Assembly (NCBI GenBank): GCA_010093815.1
Contig: ML996567.1
Reading direction: 5' to 3' (one strand)
Origin: Pseudovirgaria hyperparasitica
Taxonomy: Eukaryota
DNA length: 64,000 bases
The notes below the pieces were generated by a model. It searched no databases and had not been told where the DNA came from. It saw only the letters and a list, made by a program, of their open reading frames with translations. Made by a program: the position numbers and the translations under genes. This document shows, in pieces, positions 1 to 13,548 of the stretch (its first letter is position 1; each line of letters opens with the position of its first letter).

Positions 1-1622
1 TGTATTCGGTTGGATACCCGGGACCGGTGCAAATAAAGTCGGATTTGATACGAAATCTAGAATCTTCTCGATAGTGTCCCATCTGAGCAGCCTCGCGACC
101 AATGTGAAGCCATCGCGCACTACTTCGGGGATACAAAAGGCTTCGCCAGCCACGAGGTATGCCAGAGCGTGTTCGACACGTCCAGAAGCCACGGCTAGTG
201 TGCTTCCATCCGCGTTGAACGGTGGAAGCGGCTCAGTCTCAACAGTGGTCAGCAATGGACCTCCGTAAAGAACTCGTAAAGCGTCTAGGTAGCTATGCCA
301 AATGAAATGCTGTGACGGAACTTGTAGCTTAGCAACTCTGGTACCTTCCAGTGGTCTCATGCTTTGCGAGATTATGTTTCGAAGAACAGGACTCCTGGCA
401 AGTAACACACCATGGGCCGGAATGCAAAAAGTTTGCATGTTGGGATCAGGTGAAACCTCCAAGATACAATCAGCAAGGGCTTGATTCCCAAAATTCTCAC
501 TTAGCCAATCACGTAGACTGTAGAGTGGTGCCATCTCTGAGCTAGAGATTGGGTCCATGCCGTTTACACGAGCGCCATTCTGGGTAGGCGCGCGTGTGTC
601 TGATCTCTTCGTGTCTTGATCTTGATTGCGTGAGGAGCCCTGCGATGGTGACCGTGAGTCCTGGAAATTGCCATTCGGCGGGCCGTATGGTGGACGGGGG
701 TAATAGAAGTCTTGGGGCCTTGCGCCATACGGTAGACCTTCAGATGGATACCAAGGAGGCTGCTGCCTTCCCAAAGGCTGGTCCCTTCTGTACCCAGCCC
801 CATTGTGAGGTAGACCCATGATCGGGTACATAGAACCAGCGTGGGGATCCGAAAGATGGTGTGAATGGGCAGGGTAGAAGGGCGGTGGACCATAAGTAGG
901 AGGCATGTACCCAGGTGGTGCTTGAGGCATTTGGAATGGCATCATACCTGGAGGTGGAGCCGGGGAGGTATTGGATGAATCGGCATAGCCACCAAAGATG
1001 ATCCGGCTTGGGCTCGGACGCGGATGGTGCATAGTAACATTGTTTGATGGCAGGTTCTGAAAAGGGACAGAAGATGTCGTGGAGGTGGGCGTGGGCGTGG
1101 AGCGGTCTTCAGACGGGTAAAAGGGAGGGGGGAGCTCGTTGGCCACACGACTAGATACGGTGGAAGACTTTCTCGTGTGTTGGGATACAGACTGCACACC
1201 GTCCTGTTGTTCTGCTACCTCCGCAGGCACGATCTCTTCGACTGACGACACATGGTCAGTATTTGTACAACGGGGTCACACCTGTCGCGACACGCGAGAC
1301 GAAACTCACGAGGCAGAACTTCATTCGATTTTTCTGAATTGGCGACTGGTTCTATTGTATGAGCTTCAATTTGATCTTCGACGCTTTCGTCACTCTTGAT
1401 CAGTGCCTGTTCTTGTGCTGGCGCATGGTTTGTGTCTCCGTTTTCAGGAGAGCGAGCAGATATTGTATTTGTAACATCGGGGGGGGAAGCATTCGACTTG
1501 GGAGGCACAGAAGGTTTTGAGTATGCCAGAGGAACAGCGGGTACAATTCGAGCTATACGAGGGGCAGCTTTTCTATTGCTGGTTCGTACTGGACGAGCGG
1601 TGTCGGCAATGGGTGGAGTCAT
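1..1622 (-). CDS. BTB/POZ-like domain fungal protein (3' end runs off the window)
   Basis: Exon 1 starts MTPPIADTARP (ATG 1622; an in-frame ATG also at 1649). Intron 1309-1242 (GTGAGT..CTGAC..CAG). Then a long open exon with a Pro-rich region and ...NFGNQALADCILEV...IPAHGVLLARSPVLR..., typical of fungal BTB-like domains. Confidence 0.7.
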
Positions 1623-2661
1623 GTTGACAGGACGGACCGAGGTATACACAATGGTGAGGCAGCGTCTCCAAGATAAATGAGCTAGACAGTAATCTGGCCA
1701 CTACCTTGGAGCGCCCGTGAAAGAAGATGGAGGTGCGTAATGGAGGAGAGAAGAAGAGAATGTGAAGGTTGTAGTGGAAGGAGACGCGGATGATGAATTG
1801 GAAGCTTCAACAAGAACTTTGGCACTAAGATCGAATGTGGGGGAAGCTGAAGCGACACACTAGATGACGCACGGCCCTCTATCTTGGAATTCCAGGTTGG
1901 ATGTGTTTCTAGTTCTGCCTCAGGCCGCTAGGTCCTTGTTTTCTTCTCCATCCCACACCACTGACTTGTTTTTCGGCTTGAGACATTGATGTGATATCTC
2001 ATATTGCATACCTGTATGAGAGAGATACTGAACAGAATAGAGGAGACTGATACAGTCGGCCCGCCTTGGGTATCATTCGGAATTAGCTCATAACTGACTT
2101 GCTGAGCAGCAGAGGCAACTGACCAATATAAACCGACGTGCAACGAATGATAAAGTAGCATTCATATAGCTTCACGTTCAGTCCCTTTGTCGTAGGCTGT
2201 GCTATGCTTCGCGACGTTTCATGACAGGACCCTTTGGTTCTCACAGCACGTCCTCTATCCACTCGTCAAAGTCTAGTCTGGAGGTAACTTGATTCACATC
2301 GTCGGCGATGCTATTGACGAAAGGATAGTGAAGGATTACTTCATCTACGGCAAGATCGAAGAAGACTATGCTCGTTCTTCCTACCTCAAAAGTTCCATCT
2401 CACTGAGTATGCGTGGAAAGCGTGCGCGATCGAGGCTCCCTCACACCTCAGCTCCTGTGACGTCTCATTACAACTCTTAAAATTCCTAATCCTCTCTCTC
2501 ACATCATGACTTTCAAGCTTACTTTGACTTCCTCTCCAATCCTTTGATTTACACTGTCACGACGCTCCAGTCAATACTTCTAATCGACATCCTACATTGC
2601 CTTTGTTCTTACTCCTAAGTCCTACTCTAGCAACTTCAAAAGACGCACTGGATAGAGAGTA

Positions 2662-3992
2662 ATGCCCCGTGGCAATGCAAACTCTGAAGCGCCAACATTG
2701 ACCGTCAGCCCCAAATCTCCGGTTCAATACAAATGCTCTTCAAGCCCCTCATTCCCGATACAAGAACATTTTCATCGGAACGGACAAGCGTCGTTTAGGG
2801 GGAAGAGAAAGAACAATATCGCTGGCGGTGAATGATTCTCATTGCAGTTCGAGCTCTTTATACTGATCGTTTCCAAACAGGAAATCGTTTCTCCATCCTT
2901 GCGAGTCTTGATGACACATCTGATTCATCTCACCGAGCTTTGGATATAACATCGTCAGGGAGACTGAGTCGCAATCGCAAACGTGGAAAACGAGGGGGCG
3001 CTAACAGCAGAAATGGCAAAGTTCCTGCTCATTTTGAAGCACTGAACAGTCTTTTCACAGAGATGCCGTTTTTATCCCCTACTAGACCGCCATCAGTACA
3101 GTCGGATCTCGATGTAGGTACGGTGCCTAAGACAAGGGATTTCACCACGAGCCCCGAAACCCCAAGCTTTCATACACCGACTAGGTCTCTATCAACAGTT
3201 ACAACACCTGCCACTCCTTCCCCGGTGCCCAAGACGAGTCCCATTATACCCAGATGCTCACTTCGGGACTTACCGCGCATTCCAAGGTCAGATCCCGTGA
3301 GTCCGAGGATCCGGAATCAGGCACGAATAGCTCAGTTCTGTCTTCCTATGCCGTCTCAAAACCCATTTACTACGGGCACTCGATACTTCCCGTTGGCACC
3401 ACACCCTCAGCCTAGACTACCAGCGAGCAAGATTTCAAAAGCTTTGGTACAGCTTCACCGTGAATCGCGATTCTTTCCGTCTCAACGTACTCTTGAGAAA
3501 CCAATGGGGGAGCCAAAAGATCCTTATGCAGGACAATCATTCTTCATGATGGGTCATGCGCGGCATTGCTGGTGCTGCCAGGAGGCCAAAAGCCGGCCGG
3601 AATTGGACCCGGCACCCGAAACCAAACTTTTACACATACCTGACCCTCCTGTTGACGATACGGATCGTCGGGCATGCTGCACGACTGTTGATTCTAGCTT
3701 GGCTTCGACCGTCGAGACTGTCCCTAGTACCCCCTTTGAAGTAATTGCTGCAGAAAGAGAGGACAGAGAAGGCTGGACCCTACTCTTGCCAGAGGAAGAG
3801 TCCTCTAATCCAGTCGAACACCCAGTTACTGCTACATCGGCAAACTCTGTTATACCGTCTCCACCTGGTAGTCCTCTAAGAAATCAGTTTGACCGTTTCA
3901 GACACGCGATGGAGGGTGTTGAGCCGAAGTTTCCTTGGGAATGGGGTGATCCGGAATGGCAGTGGTCTGAACTTACTAGCACTGGCTGCTAG
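2662..3992 (+). CDS. Hypothetical Ser/Pro/Thr-rich protein
   Basis: 386-aa ORF 2832-3992. Upstream ATG at 2662 could join through an intron ~2828-2880 (GTGAAT..CTGAT..CAG). No family recognised; start uncertain. Confidence 0.55.
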
Positions 3993-4883
3993 ACTTCTGA
4001 ACCCGAGCTTTATTATAACGTTGGATGGTACAGTACTTGAGCCTTTGAAGACGGTGCAACACCTGTATTCATCCTAATCAAAGCATCAATCATAACACAT
4101 ATCCCAAGTCTTTTGGTTACATGGCAAACATTATGTTCTACAACTAGAGTGCGGGCTAGCTTACCCTTTTCTTGTCTCGATCAACCACTCTTTATACCTC
4201 TATACTTTTGCTTGAGTCGTCTTGATCTTGAACCATTATCATACCACGTCACTTACATTTACCACTCTTCTGTGCCTCCCTGTATTACTTTTCAGACCCT
4301 CTTTCGTGGGGTAGTACTTGGTCAACTAACCCATTTTTATTGCTCTTAGTTCTTGTACAGTTTGGTATCGTTGATACTATAAAATGTGTGGCTCAACCTA
4401 CTCCCCATCCGTTGCAAGGAACCATAAGATACCCTTTTAGGCTGTGTCTGGAAGGATGTGGTCGTCGATGGTGAAATGGTTAGCCCGACTCGGGTCATTC
4501 TGACTTATATGTTGCAGCTGTTCTCAGCCTGGCCTTGGGTGCGAGCTACGCGTTCTTAGGTATAACCTCATGCTTTTCTGCTGGCCTGCTTGGCACCTAT
4601 CAGATCTTCATATAATTATTGTTTTTGGCAGTCAGAAGGTATAGATCGAGAGAACTGCTATGTGTCCTTGTGCTGGTTACCTCTACAAGCACTGTTACTC
4701 TATGTCACGACTGTCTTCCTGTCCCCTCAAAGCCTTCTCAAATACTGGTAGAAATCTATAGTATTAATATAATGCGTTATATTTACAGTGTGTAGCATGA
4801 CTTGTGACTCATGTAATCCATGTGAGTTAATCCAGACATATGAAATTCAGTAGCCTGATAGGCTGTGTTCGACTCCGTCCAGA

Positions 4884-6588
4884 TCACAAAGCAAATGAAA
4901 AGGTTCCCTTCTCTCTCAGCCTCCTGCCGTAATAATAGAAAATGATAGGTATCGGCACCATCGCCATTGAAAAGAATCCTAGTAGACTCGTCGCCCATGC
5001 TACACCCAATGCCCGATACATGTATGGTGTAAACAGCAGCACTGAAGCAGCGCTGACACCACGGACAAATCCATTAGCTGCAATGGCACTGGCAACGTTC
5101 GACAGATAGACATCTGCGATGTATATTACTCCGTTGAAGAAGACACTCGTAATACCTGCGCCGATAAACACGCCAGATATGACCTGAGGCCAGAATGTGA
5201 TGTTGGGATGTGAAGTCCAAGCAAACCAGAAAAGTCCGATAGGGAGGCTAAAGCCACCAACAATCATAGGAAGAAGTCGATCTTCTGGCGAGATCTTGCC
5301 GTTCTTCTTGAGAATTCTGGCGTAGCGTGTGCGCGCGTCAACTCCCATGCTGATGCAAGCGATGATGATCCCAACCATTATGCCAAGGAACGGTAGTGAG
5401 GCCATCACAGGTTCCCATCCGCGTATCATGCGGAATGCTACAGGATACGCGAAGAAGATTGCGTACAAAATACTGTAGACCAGGGAGATGTAAGCTGTGA
5501 CAGCAACCAACTACGAAAATCGTCAGCGAGTACAAATGAATGAAGTTGGGCAGCTCTCACAATCGGCTCCCGCAATATTATCCGAACTGGTTTAAGGAGG
5601 TACCTCTGTGCAACAGCCTTGAAAGTGAAGGGTGATTCGTCAAGCTTTGCATGCCATGCCCATTCTTTCGTCTCCAACCGCTTCTTTGTGGCCATCTTTT
5701 GGAGTATGATGGGCTCCGAGGTCTCCTTAACAAAGAACATCCCAAGCAGAGTGAAGACTCCTGAAATTATCATAGTGACCCATGCTGTCCACCTCCACCC
5801 GAGATGGCTGTGTACAATCAAGGAACCCATAATAGGTCCCAAGACAGGACCGAGGAAAACAGCAGCTGCAAAGACGGACATGGCTACTCCACGATCCACT
5901 ATATGGAGCATATCGACATATATAGCACTCGTGACCCCAAGTGGTGCCGCTCCAAATAGCCCAGCAAGGAAACGGCTGACAAGCACCGTTTGGAGGTTCT
6001 GGGCCAATGCCAACGGGATCTGACAGATGACAAAAAGAGTAAGACCCGTGAAGATTGGATAAAACCGGCCAAATCGTTCAGACAACGGTCCCCATAACAT
6101 AGGTCCTGTCAAAAGTGTGTGAGCAAGAACTAGTGATATCCCGATTGAGGGGGTTTACCGAACGCGAAACCCAGCACGTACAGACTGACACCCAGAATCA
6201 TCACTTCTTCACTCACGCCAAACTCTTCCGCCGTGACTTTGGTGCATGTCGAGAAGATGCTGCTTGCAAAGCTTACACAGAATGTACAGGCGGCGGTCAG
6301 ACCAATGATCAAAAATTTATCCCTTTGTCTGAAGTTTATCGGCTTCAACGGGTCGTCAGGTCCGTCAAAGTCGACGAGCCATGACTGTACTTCCTTGGTC
6401 GGGGATGGTGCAGCACACTGTAGTAATGTTTCTGATGAACTGTAGCTGCGAGCGCAACGGGAACAGCATTGCGTGACTTTTCCCTCATCTTTCACAGAGT
6501 CGTTGCAGGTGTCGATACTATGAATCGTGGGAGCTACTGAATGCCAGGTTGTGTCTCGAGCTCCCTGCTCAAATTGATGTAGACTCAT
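4884..6588 (-). CDS. MFS multidrug transporter, DHA1 family
   Basis: Three ORFs (6130-6588, 5438-6112, 4884-5510) joined by short introns. Motifs VDFDGPDDPLKPINF, GPMLWGPLSERFGR, GWRWTAW, PEDRLLPMIVGG. Confidence 0.92.
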
Positions 6589-8647
6589 CTATGGTCAAAT
6601 TGAGAAATTTGTGCTGGACTTGCTTCGTGAGGGTGGAGACGGCTGCGAACAGAGATGAAGTATGTAGCCTTGGTGACGGGAATTGGAAGAATATGGCCCA
6701 TGGTGTCCGTACAGCCTGCCTGCCCACGCATTTGTCTCCGAGCATCAACACCAGCAAATCGCCAAGGGGCTGGGGTTCATTATCGCGCATGAGGTATAAT
6801 GATACCTCCGTGTTTTGCGTTGTCCGGTACCCACTTTTAGATCGCAGCCAGTACTGTAGACTGCAAGGCACGGCTCCGAACGTCAGTGCGCAGAAAATTC
6901 CGACGCAGACAACAGGGGCTAAGAGTCCGTTCAAGAACATCATTACTACGCCAACATCTAACTGGGTACGATGATCGTAAAACTTCTATGACAGTCAGAC
7001 AGCACCTAGGTCAGTCTGCTGTCAGAATCTAGTTGATGACACCATATTTCAGTGGTGGATGTGGTACTTACATGTGACAGTGTTTGCGGAACATTACTAC
7101 GCCTTGTCAATACGGTCCATGTCGAAATGTACCATGATACCTATATTCCGATTGATCGAATGGTTTACTCGACCTAATTCAAATACCTCATACTAGTTTC
7201 TGCCCCGGGACTAGCCACATTTCAAATGGCTATTACGTTGATTTTAAATTGGGTTTTTGCGTCACGTTATGGTTGAACGGCTTTGAATACTTCCGTAAGC
7301 TTACTGCATTCTACCTGCTCGATGATGGTCGCATGTTACAAAATGCGACAACAAAATTTTCAATGTCTCCTCGAATTCCTCATGATCGTAGCCTGAGTAT
7401 AGTATGGTAAGCTTAGTTTTGTCTCGTTTCGCCATTGGTCGATATTACCCATGACAGACAGACCTTTGTCGTGTCTCTGCGGCACTGACAAGAACATGTA
7501 CAGAACGGTCAGCCTGGTCGACACGGTAGTCGTTTCGTGTTGGAAGCCATATGTGGTGTATTATGCCTGCAGCAAACTTCAGTATGCAAGCCATTCGAAG
7601 AATCTGAGTTTGGTCAACATTTGTCTTTGGCCAAGTATAAGAGCCGTTGCTCTTGTTGTCAGTATCAAGTTCACTTGTCCAAGGCAGGTATGGAGGTGTA
7701 TCTCGTTGTACCATCAAGTGTACATGCAGCACATATCCGGGAGAGATCAAGTTTTTTTTTTTGAACTGTAACACCGGTGACACAATGAAGACTAACCACA
7801 GATCACTCAGACGGTTGCAGCATTGAGAAGACTTCATTCGGAACCTGATTCCAACATGAACACTCTCTAGAGCCTCTGGAGATTGCGACAAACCTTTGAG
7901 CCGGAACGCCCTCGTGTTCCCGACTAATAGAAATGGTCCTACGGGTCTTCCCAAAAGAGTAACCCACACAAATTCAACATGATACGACCTTCTAGAAATC
8001 GGCTACCCGTAAGCCCGTACCTTTCATAATAGCGTTATGTGACACACGAAATGTCTTTGCGAATATCGTCATAACGAATTTCAACGATCATTGTTCCGGT
8101 CTTTTCGCATTGCGTCGAAGCCAAATGTATTTGGACTACACAATCGTAAGAGCACCAAAGGCGCATGACGGATCCTCAGATACCATATAGCACTCAAAGC
8201 TAAATAATTAGACCATGCAAAGACCTGAAGCAATCGACTCCCGAAAATGTTGGACAGGTCAGTGATGAACATACCGGAACAGGCTTAGCGCAACTTAAAG
8301 TGGGCTCCCTGACAGGAAACATAAATTATTATAACATCACGCCATGCTACTTGAAACACTTGAAATCAAGTCCAGTCTTGAAGTCTCGCCGTTGCCTCCA
8401 TGATGATCCGCCCCTACGCATCACATGATCGTTCCCTTGAGGATCGTCTGTTATCTTATCCCACTTAGTTAGGGCTTATTTGGCACTCTACGACCTCTAC
8501 CTACGTCTACAGAATCCAGTTAGACGAGACGATTTGGTCGTTCAACTCTGTCACGTTTCGTTCTACAAAATTTCCTAATTACAACTCAATTGCAAAGTCG
8601 CCCTCAATCACCATAGCTGGCTGCTATACCGCAAACATCACACCACC

Positions 8648-10075
8648 ATGCCTCCTCAATCCGCCATAATCGTATGTACAACCATCCCCTCCCCCCAAAA
8701 TAACCACCTCCCGCAACCCCCTAGGCTAATCCAAACCAGATCGGGGGCTCGCTCTCGGGCCTCCTCGCCGCCCTGACCCTCTCACCACACATCCCCCAAA
8801 CCACCATCCTCGAAAGCACGCCCGCAGCCTCGACCCGCCACTCGCAGGCCGCCGGCATCTCGCCCGGCCCGGACTTCCTCGCCTTCATGGCGCGACATGA
8901 CCGTACCGGCCGTGCGTACACGGTCGGCAAGGCACCGGCCTCTGTCGTGGGGCTTGACGGCGCGATCGTGAAGCCCATGGGCGCCGTGCTGGAGCTTAGT
9001 TCTTGGAGTGTGTTGTATGCGATCCTGAGGGCGAATTATGATGGATTTTCCAGTGTGGTTGTGCCAGAGCCGCCGAGCGGGGTGGCCGGTGGGACGTATC
9101 TGAGTGGGAGGAGGGTTGTTGGGGTGGATCTGAGTGATGAGAAGGTGGTCCGGGTGAAGTGTGCGGTCGAGGGCAGGGGAGAGGAAGTGTATGAGGCGGA
9201 GATGGTTGTAGTTGCGGACGGGAGCTATTCGACCGTGCGGGAGCTACTGTTTCCGGGGAGTAGGCGGCGGTATACGGGGTATGTGAGTTGGAGGGGGACG
9301 GTGAGGGAGGCGGAGATTAGTGAGGCGACGAGTGAGTATTTTGATGGGGCGCTGAAGATGTTTATGGGGTTGAAGAATGGGTATATGCTGGTGTGAGTGA
9401 TGCAGGATGATCATGGTGAGATCAGAGCTTATGCTGTACAGGTATAAGATCCCTTCGGACGAGGGTGAGCTGCGGCCAGGAGGCAGACTAATCAACTTTG
9501 TGTGGTACCACGAGATGGCAGAAGGATCTCCAGACCTGAAGATGGCTATGACCGATATCAACGGCAAGGAGCACTTCAACACCGTCACACGGGATCTGCT
9601 CCAGCCACAGGCGTGGGAAAAGCAAAAGGCCTTTGGTGTTCCGCAAGTTCCACTTCCATTTCAAGAGCTTCTGCAAACGGCGACCTCAATCTTCATCACC
9701 AAGATTAACGATTCAGCGACGTCACAGCCGGTAGTGCAGGATCGATTGTTCTTCGTCGGTGACGCGCTCCGTGCCCTGCGTCCTCACAATGCGCAGAGTA
9801 CGAACCAGGCTGGGTTTCATTGTCGATTGCTTGAGCAAGTGATCCTAGGGAACATGACGACCAAGGAATGGCAGCACGAAGTCGTCAGCCAGGGCCGTAT
9901 AACAGGAGAAATGAGTACATTCATCGGCATGATGGGATTTCGTCGCAAGTTCGCCATGCTCGCAGCGTATCTACGCCATCTCAGGCTGGTTTGTGTCTAC
10001 AAATTCGTCGGGTTCTGGGGCTGGCTTTTCAGGGGACGGAAGAGCACTGGATATAAAGAATTTCTCAACAATTAG
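8648..10075 (+). CDS. FAD-dependent monooxygenase (2,6-dihydroxypyridine 3-monooxygenase-like)
   Basis: ATG 8648, intron GTATGT..CTAAT..CAG, then IGGSLSGL (Rossmann GxGxxG variant), VVADGSYSTVR, YTGYVSWRGTV and FVGDA..RPH. Second intron ~9392-9441. Confidence 0.88.
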
Positions 10076-10137
10076 ATAGTTCTCGACGTGGATTCTATGC
10101 TCTGAATGACAGAGGTTGTCAGCTATCTATCTGAAGA

Positions 10138-12324
10138 CTATGGTGCTGGGCATATTGTGTAGTCATCGGGGTTCATCCTCCGCTGGTGCTCATGGAAGTC
10201 GATGTTGGGTCTTCGAGGATTGATCTGGGCCATGTCTGCCCGTCTGCGAGTCTTTGCCTTTGACTTGTCCCGTGTCTCTTCCTGGACATCCCTGTTCGCA
10301 ATGGCCATTACGTAGCCTCTGTCATTTGAAACCTGGCAAGTTTGAGTCTGAACAACTGTGTTGTCTGACTCGGACGTAGCCGTTAGTTTGATGGTTGCGT
10401 GTTCTATAGCATGTGCTGCAGGGGCAAAGGCGACTCTCGCGACTGTTTCCTGCCCAAATCTGGCCGTGGCGAGTTCATTCGGAAGAACAATCTGCCATCC
10501 GGACCCATCTACTTCAGCACTTAGCCGATAAATGTCAGAACTTAAATGCAATGGTGCTCCACTTGCAGCTTCACCAGTGTTCTTCAAGATGAAAGTACAC
10601 GAGCCTCCTGATGGCGAGCCTGGTGATGCCTTGCCTTCAAGCAAGTCAACGCCATACTTGCTGGGAGCATGAACACTGCTCGTGGGCAAGAGAGACTTGA
10701 CGCCGACGGTGTAGTATAAGACACCACTTTCATCAACCTCTGGCTCAACAACGTAGAAGTGTAGATTGTTGGCCTCGTCAACGTACTCAAACTGACTTCC
10801 AGAACGTGTGCCGGCATGGAAAAGAGCATCCATGAGTTGCCGGTAGTCACCTACTGTCAACATGCTCTCGGTACCATCCGGCCGAACAAAGTCAACTACG
10901 TCAATGTCCTGGGGATTGGCATCAATGACCCACTGGAATGGCTGTCGCGCGTCCGATATCTGGCCTTTTGAGAGTAAGACCCCTGAGTCAGCTTGGAAGC
11001 TATCTGCACCGATGCGTTGAACAACTTCAAGATCGTAGAAATTGTATCCCCCAGCATCACACAGTGGATCTGTCGAGATATTGCAAGCAGGCGAGTCGTC
11101 AGAGTCGATATTGATGCGCAGACCCTTGAGGCCGTCTGGACCTTCATCGACGGCTCGTGCGGTGAGTCGAGCAACAAGAACACCAGAATATGCTGTGAGC
11201 TCCTCACGAGAAGTCATCAGCACACTTGAGTTGTCGACTAGGCCAAGTTGAAGCTTGTCTCGAACGGTGTGAAGTGATCCGAGGGAAGCCCCCTGAAGTG
11301 CTGGAATCTGCCATCGGGTATGTGGTCCCCCTGGTCCGTTGAAACTTCCACGAGACATCATACTCCAGGGGCCAGTATATGCACGGCGAGCTGGAAGTCC
11401 ATAGGGATTGTTGTAGTTGTCTCCAATGCCGATCAAATGGCTGAGTTCATGCGCGTAGACTGCAGCACCTGAACTCTCACCCTGTGTACTGCTTCCGCCG
11501 CCGGCATTTGGCCAAATCGATGCCGCACTGACCCAGCTCGTCCACTCAACATAGCGTGTCGCGGCGTAGTTGGTCAGGTTGCTCAGCCCTGCTGGAGGCC
11601 CAAAGTCTGCTGGTACATCCTCCTTGGTTTGGAACTTCATCTCGCCAAATTCTTGCCAGGTGGAAGATTCATCCTGACCTGCAGACAGTATGAAGACGAG
11701 CTCAAACGCGCTCGCTGTCTCATTACCAACATCTGCACGCCATGCACCCAGCGCGTCTGTTCGTAGGTCGACATTGCATGGTGCTTCTGGACATGCACCG
11801 GGATTCATGCCGTCCTCTGCATCATCAATACCATACTGGAAGCTTTTCCGGGGAAGTCGATAGGCTCCGAACGCAGTCAGATCGACACCGTATCGACCAG
11901 CAGAGTCCTCCATCCAATACTCATGCAGAGTATGCCCGTGGTTGAGGTCCTGAACTTTGTTCAAAAGATCACGGTAATAGCCAGGTACGTCTTCACGGGC
12001 GAGACTATTAACCACTGGTTGAGGATTGTCGAAAACAGTGTTCCCGGCAGCTTGCGTTATGGTGAAGTTCATGTCGGGGTAATCAACAGCCACGAGTGCG
12101 ATGTTGAAGTTGCGGACAGAGCCTCGTCGGCTCGCATCGTTCCATTCGATGCCTGGTACTGGCACATAGTCGTCCCAAGTCATCTGGTCAGGATTTTGCC
12201 AGTCTTGAAGATCCAGTATAGCGAACGGGTCATTCTTGCTCGTACTTGACCGTGCTGGCAGGGCTGAAGCGACGCATGAATAGGCTGTCAAGCCACGCAG
12301 GGCAAATCGAAGAACGCCGATCAT
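10138..12324 (-). CDS. Secreted M6-family (immune inhibitor A-like) metalloprotease
   Basis: Intronless 728-aa ORF with N-terminal signal-like peptide, zinc motif AHELSHLIGIGDNY and WSMMSRGSFNGPGG Met-turn region. Confidence 0.85.
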   Translation of the reverse strand: MIGVLRFALRGLTAYSCVASALPARSSTSKNDPFAILDLQDWQNPDQMTWDDYVPVPGIEWNDASRRGSVRNFNIALVAVDYPDMNFTITQAAGNTVFDNPQPVVNSLAREDVPGYYRDLLNKVQDLNHGHTLHEYWMEDSAGRYGVDLTAFGAYRLPRKSFQYGIDDAEDGMNPGACPEAPCNVDLRTDALGAWRADVGNETASAFELVFILSAGQDESSTWQEFGEMKFQTKEDVPADFGPPAGLSNLTNYAATRYVEWTSWVSAASIWPNAGGGSSTQGESSGAAVYAHELSHLIGIGDNYNNPYGLPARRAYTGPWSMMSRGSFNGPGGPHTRWQIPALQGASLGSLHTVRDKLQLGLVDNSSVLMTSREELTAYSGVLVARLTARAVDEGPDGLKGLRINIDSDDSPACNISTDPLCDAGGYNFYDLEVVQRIGADSFQADSGVLLSKGQISDARQPFQWVIDANPQDIDVVDFVRPDGTESMLTVGDYRQLMDALFHAGTRSGSQFEYVDEANNLHFYVVEPEVDESGVLYYTVGVKSLLPTSSVHAPSKYGVDLLEGKASPGSPSGGSCTFILKNTGEAASGAPLHLSSDIYRLSAEVDGSGWQIVLPNELATARFGQETVARVAFAPAAHAIEHATIKLTATSESDNTVVQTQTCQVSNDRGYVMAIANRDVQEETRDKSKAKTRRRADMAQINPRRPNIDFHEHQRRMNPDDYTICPAP

Positions 12325-12924
12325 GGTACGAGACCGTGAACGTGAGATGCCTCTGAGCTAGACATTGTCAGAGCAGAGGCGAGTTGCTTATTTGAATGCC
12401 TGATCGGACGACTATCCAGGAGCGGGGAAGACGTTGCATGGTTGTGCAGAGCCACTGGGTTCGGTGTAGCCTAATGCAGCAGGCGATTCAGAGTTGCCAA
12501 GTATCCTGTGGAGAATGCCCTAGATGACTATCCTATCCCCGTGTATAAAAAGTATAGTAGATGAATTCCATTATCTGGGAAGCGAATCAAACCACAGGCG
12601 ACGCTCGTATGATCTTTTTGACAACCCACCTACCTTGTACGTTCCTGCGGCTGAAGATCTTGACGACATACGCCGTTGGGAACATTCGTCAGCCACCTCG
12701 AATCTGCAAGCGCGTGAAAAGCGATCTCTAATACTGTAGCTCAGGCAATAATGAAGTGAAGACTGAGTGAGCACGACGAACACGAGAGCTCGTTTGAGTC
12801 AAGCTGATCTTCACGATGGCTCGGCCGAGGGGTGAACAGTGTGTTTCAAGACTTCCTGCGCATAGGTGAAGCCTACCCGTCTGAGAATAACATAAATTAT
12901 CTATTCCCCCCACCTCTCAGGCTC

Positions 12925-12996
12925 GGTGGGATGGCGAAATGGCATCGCGTTGCTTTCCGGTGGCAAAGATTGTGGGTTCGAGTCCCATTCTCATCG
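12925..12996 (+). tRNA. tRNA-Arg(CCG), intronless
   Basis: 72-nt cloverleaf: acceptor GGTGGGA/TCTCATC plus discriminator G, D-arm GCG..CGC, anticodon stem TTGCT/GGCAA with loop TT-CCG-GT, T-arm GTGGG-TTCGAGT-CCCAT. Followed by a TTTT Pol III terminator. Confidence 0.9.
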
Positions 12997-13548
12997 TTTT
13001 GCTTTTAGCATTAATGTTTTGTGGATTAGAGGCGTCATTTTGGTTCTAGGAACATCAGAATGGCTGGTTTTGGCGGGGACGGGACTCAGGGGAGCAGGGC
13101 TGAGTTGCAGGCGTTACCGGTAGCCGAGCCAGTAGCGTGGTCGACTTTTGAACATGTTAAACCTAAGACATTTCTTTCTCTGTGGTTTTCCCAGTAAGTC
13201 AAGTTTGGAACAGATTTATTAGAGCTATATTAGAGCTATATTATAGCTAATGCTCTGGGGCGTCTTCTAAGAAGCCTGCATACGGATCATCCCATCCTGC
13301 AGCCATTCCTCTGCTTGACACAATGCGGTACGACACCCCCACTTTGATATGCCAGAACCTCCTGACAGATGGAGTCCATATCGACATCTAGCAACAAAGT
13401 TGTGTGCAGGCAGTCATGGGGCTTCAATCGTTGTATGCCGACACAATGCGCGTAGTCTGTTCATGGGAAATGCCTAAGTTGCTCACGAAAATAGGCCAAT
13501 CGAGGTGCAATCCCTCGCCATGGAAGTGATTTGCGCCCTCGTGTATGC

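Noticed and set aside
7445..7969. 174-aa minus-strand ORF and overlapping plus-strand ORFs
   Set aside because: No recognisable motif, crosses a T12 run, non-ATG start.
12925..12996. Reading the tRNA as Gly(TCC)
   Set aside because: The 5-bp stem and 7-nt loop register puts CCG at the anticodon positions.
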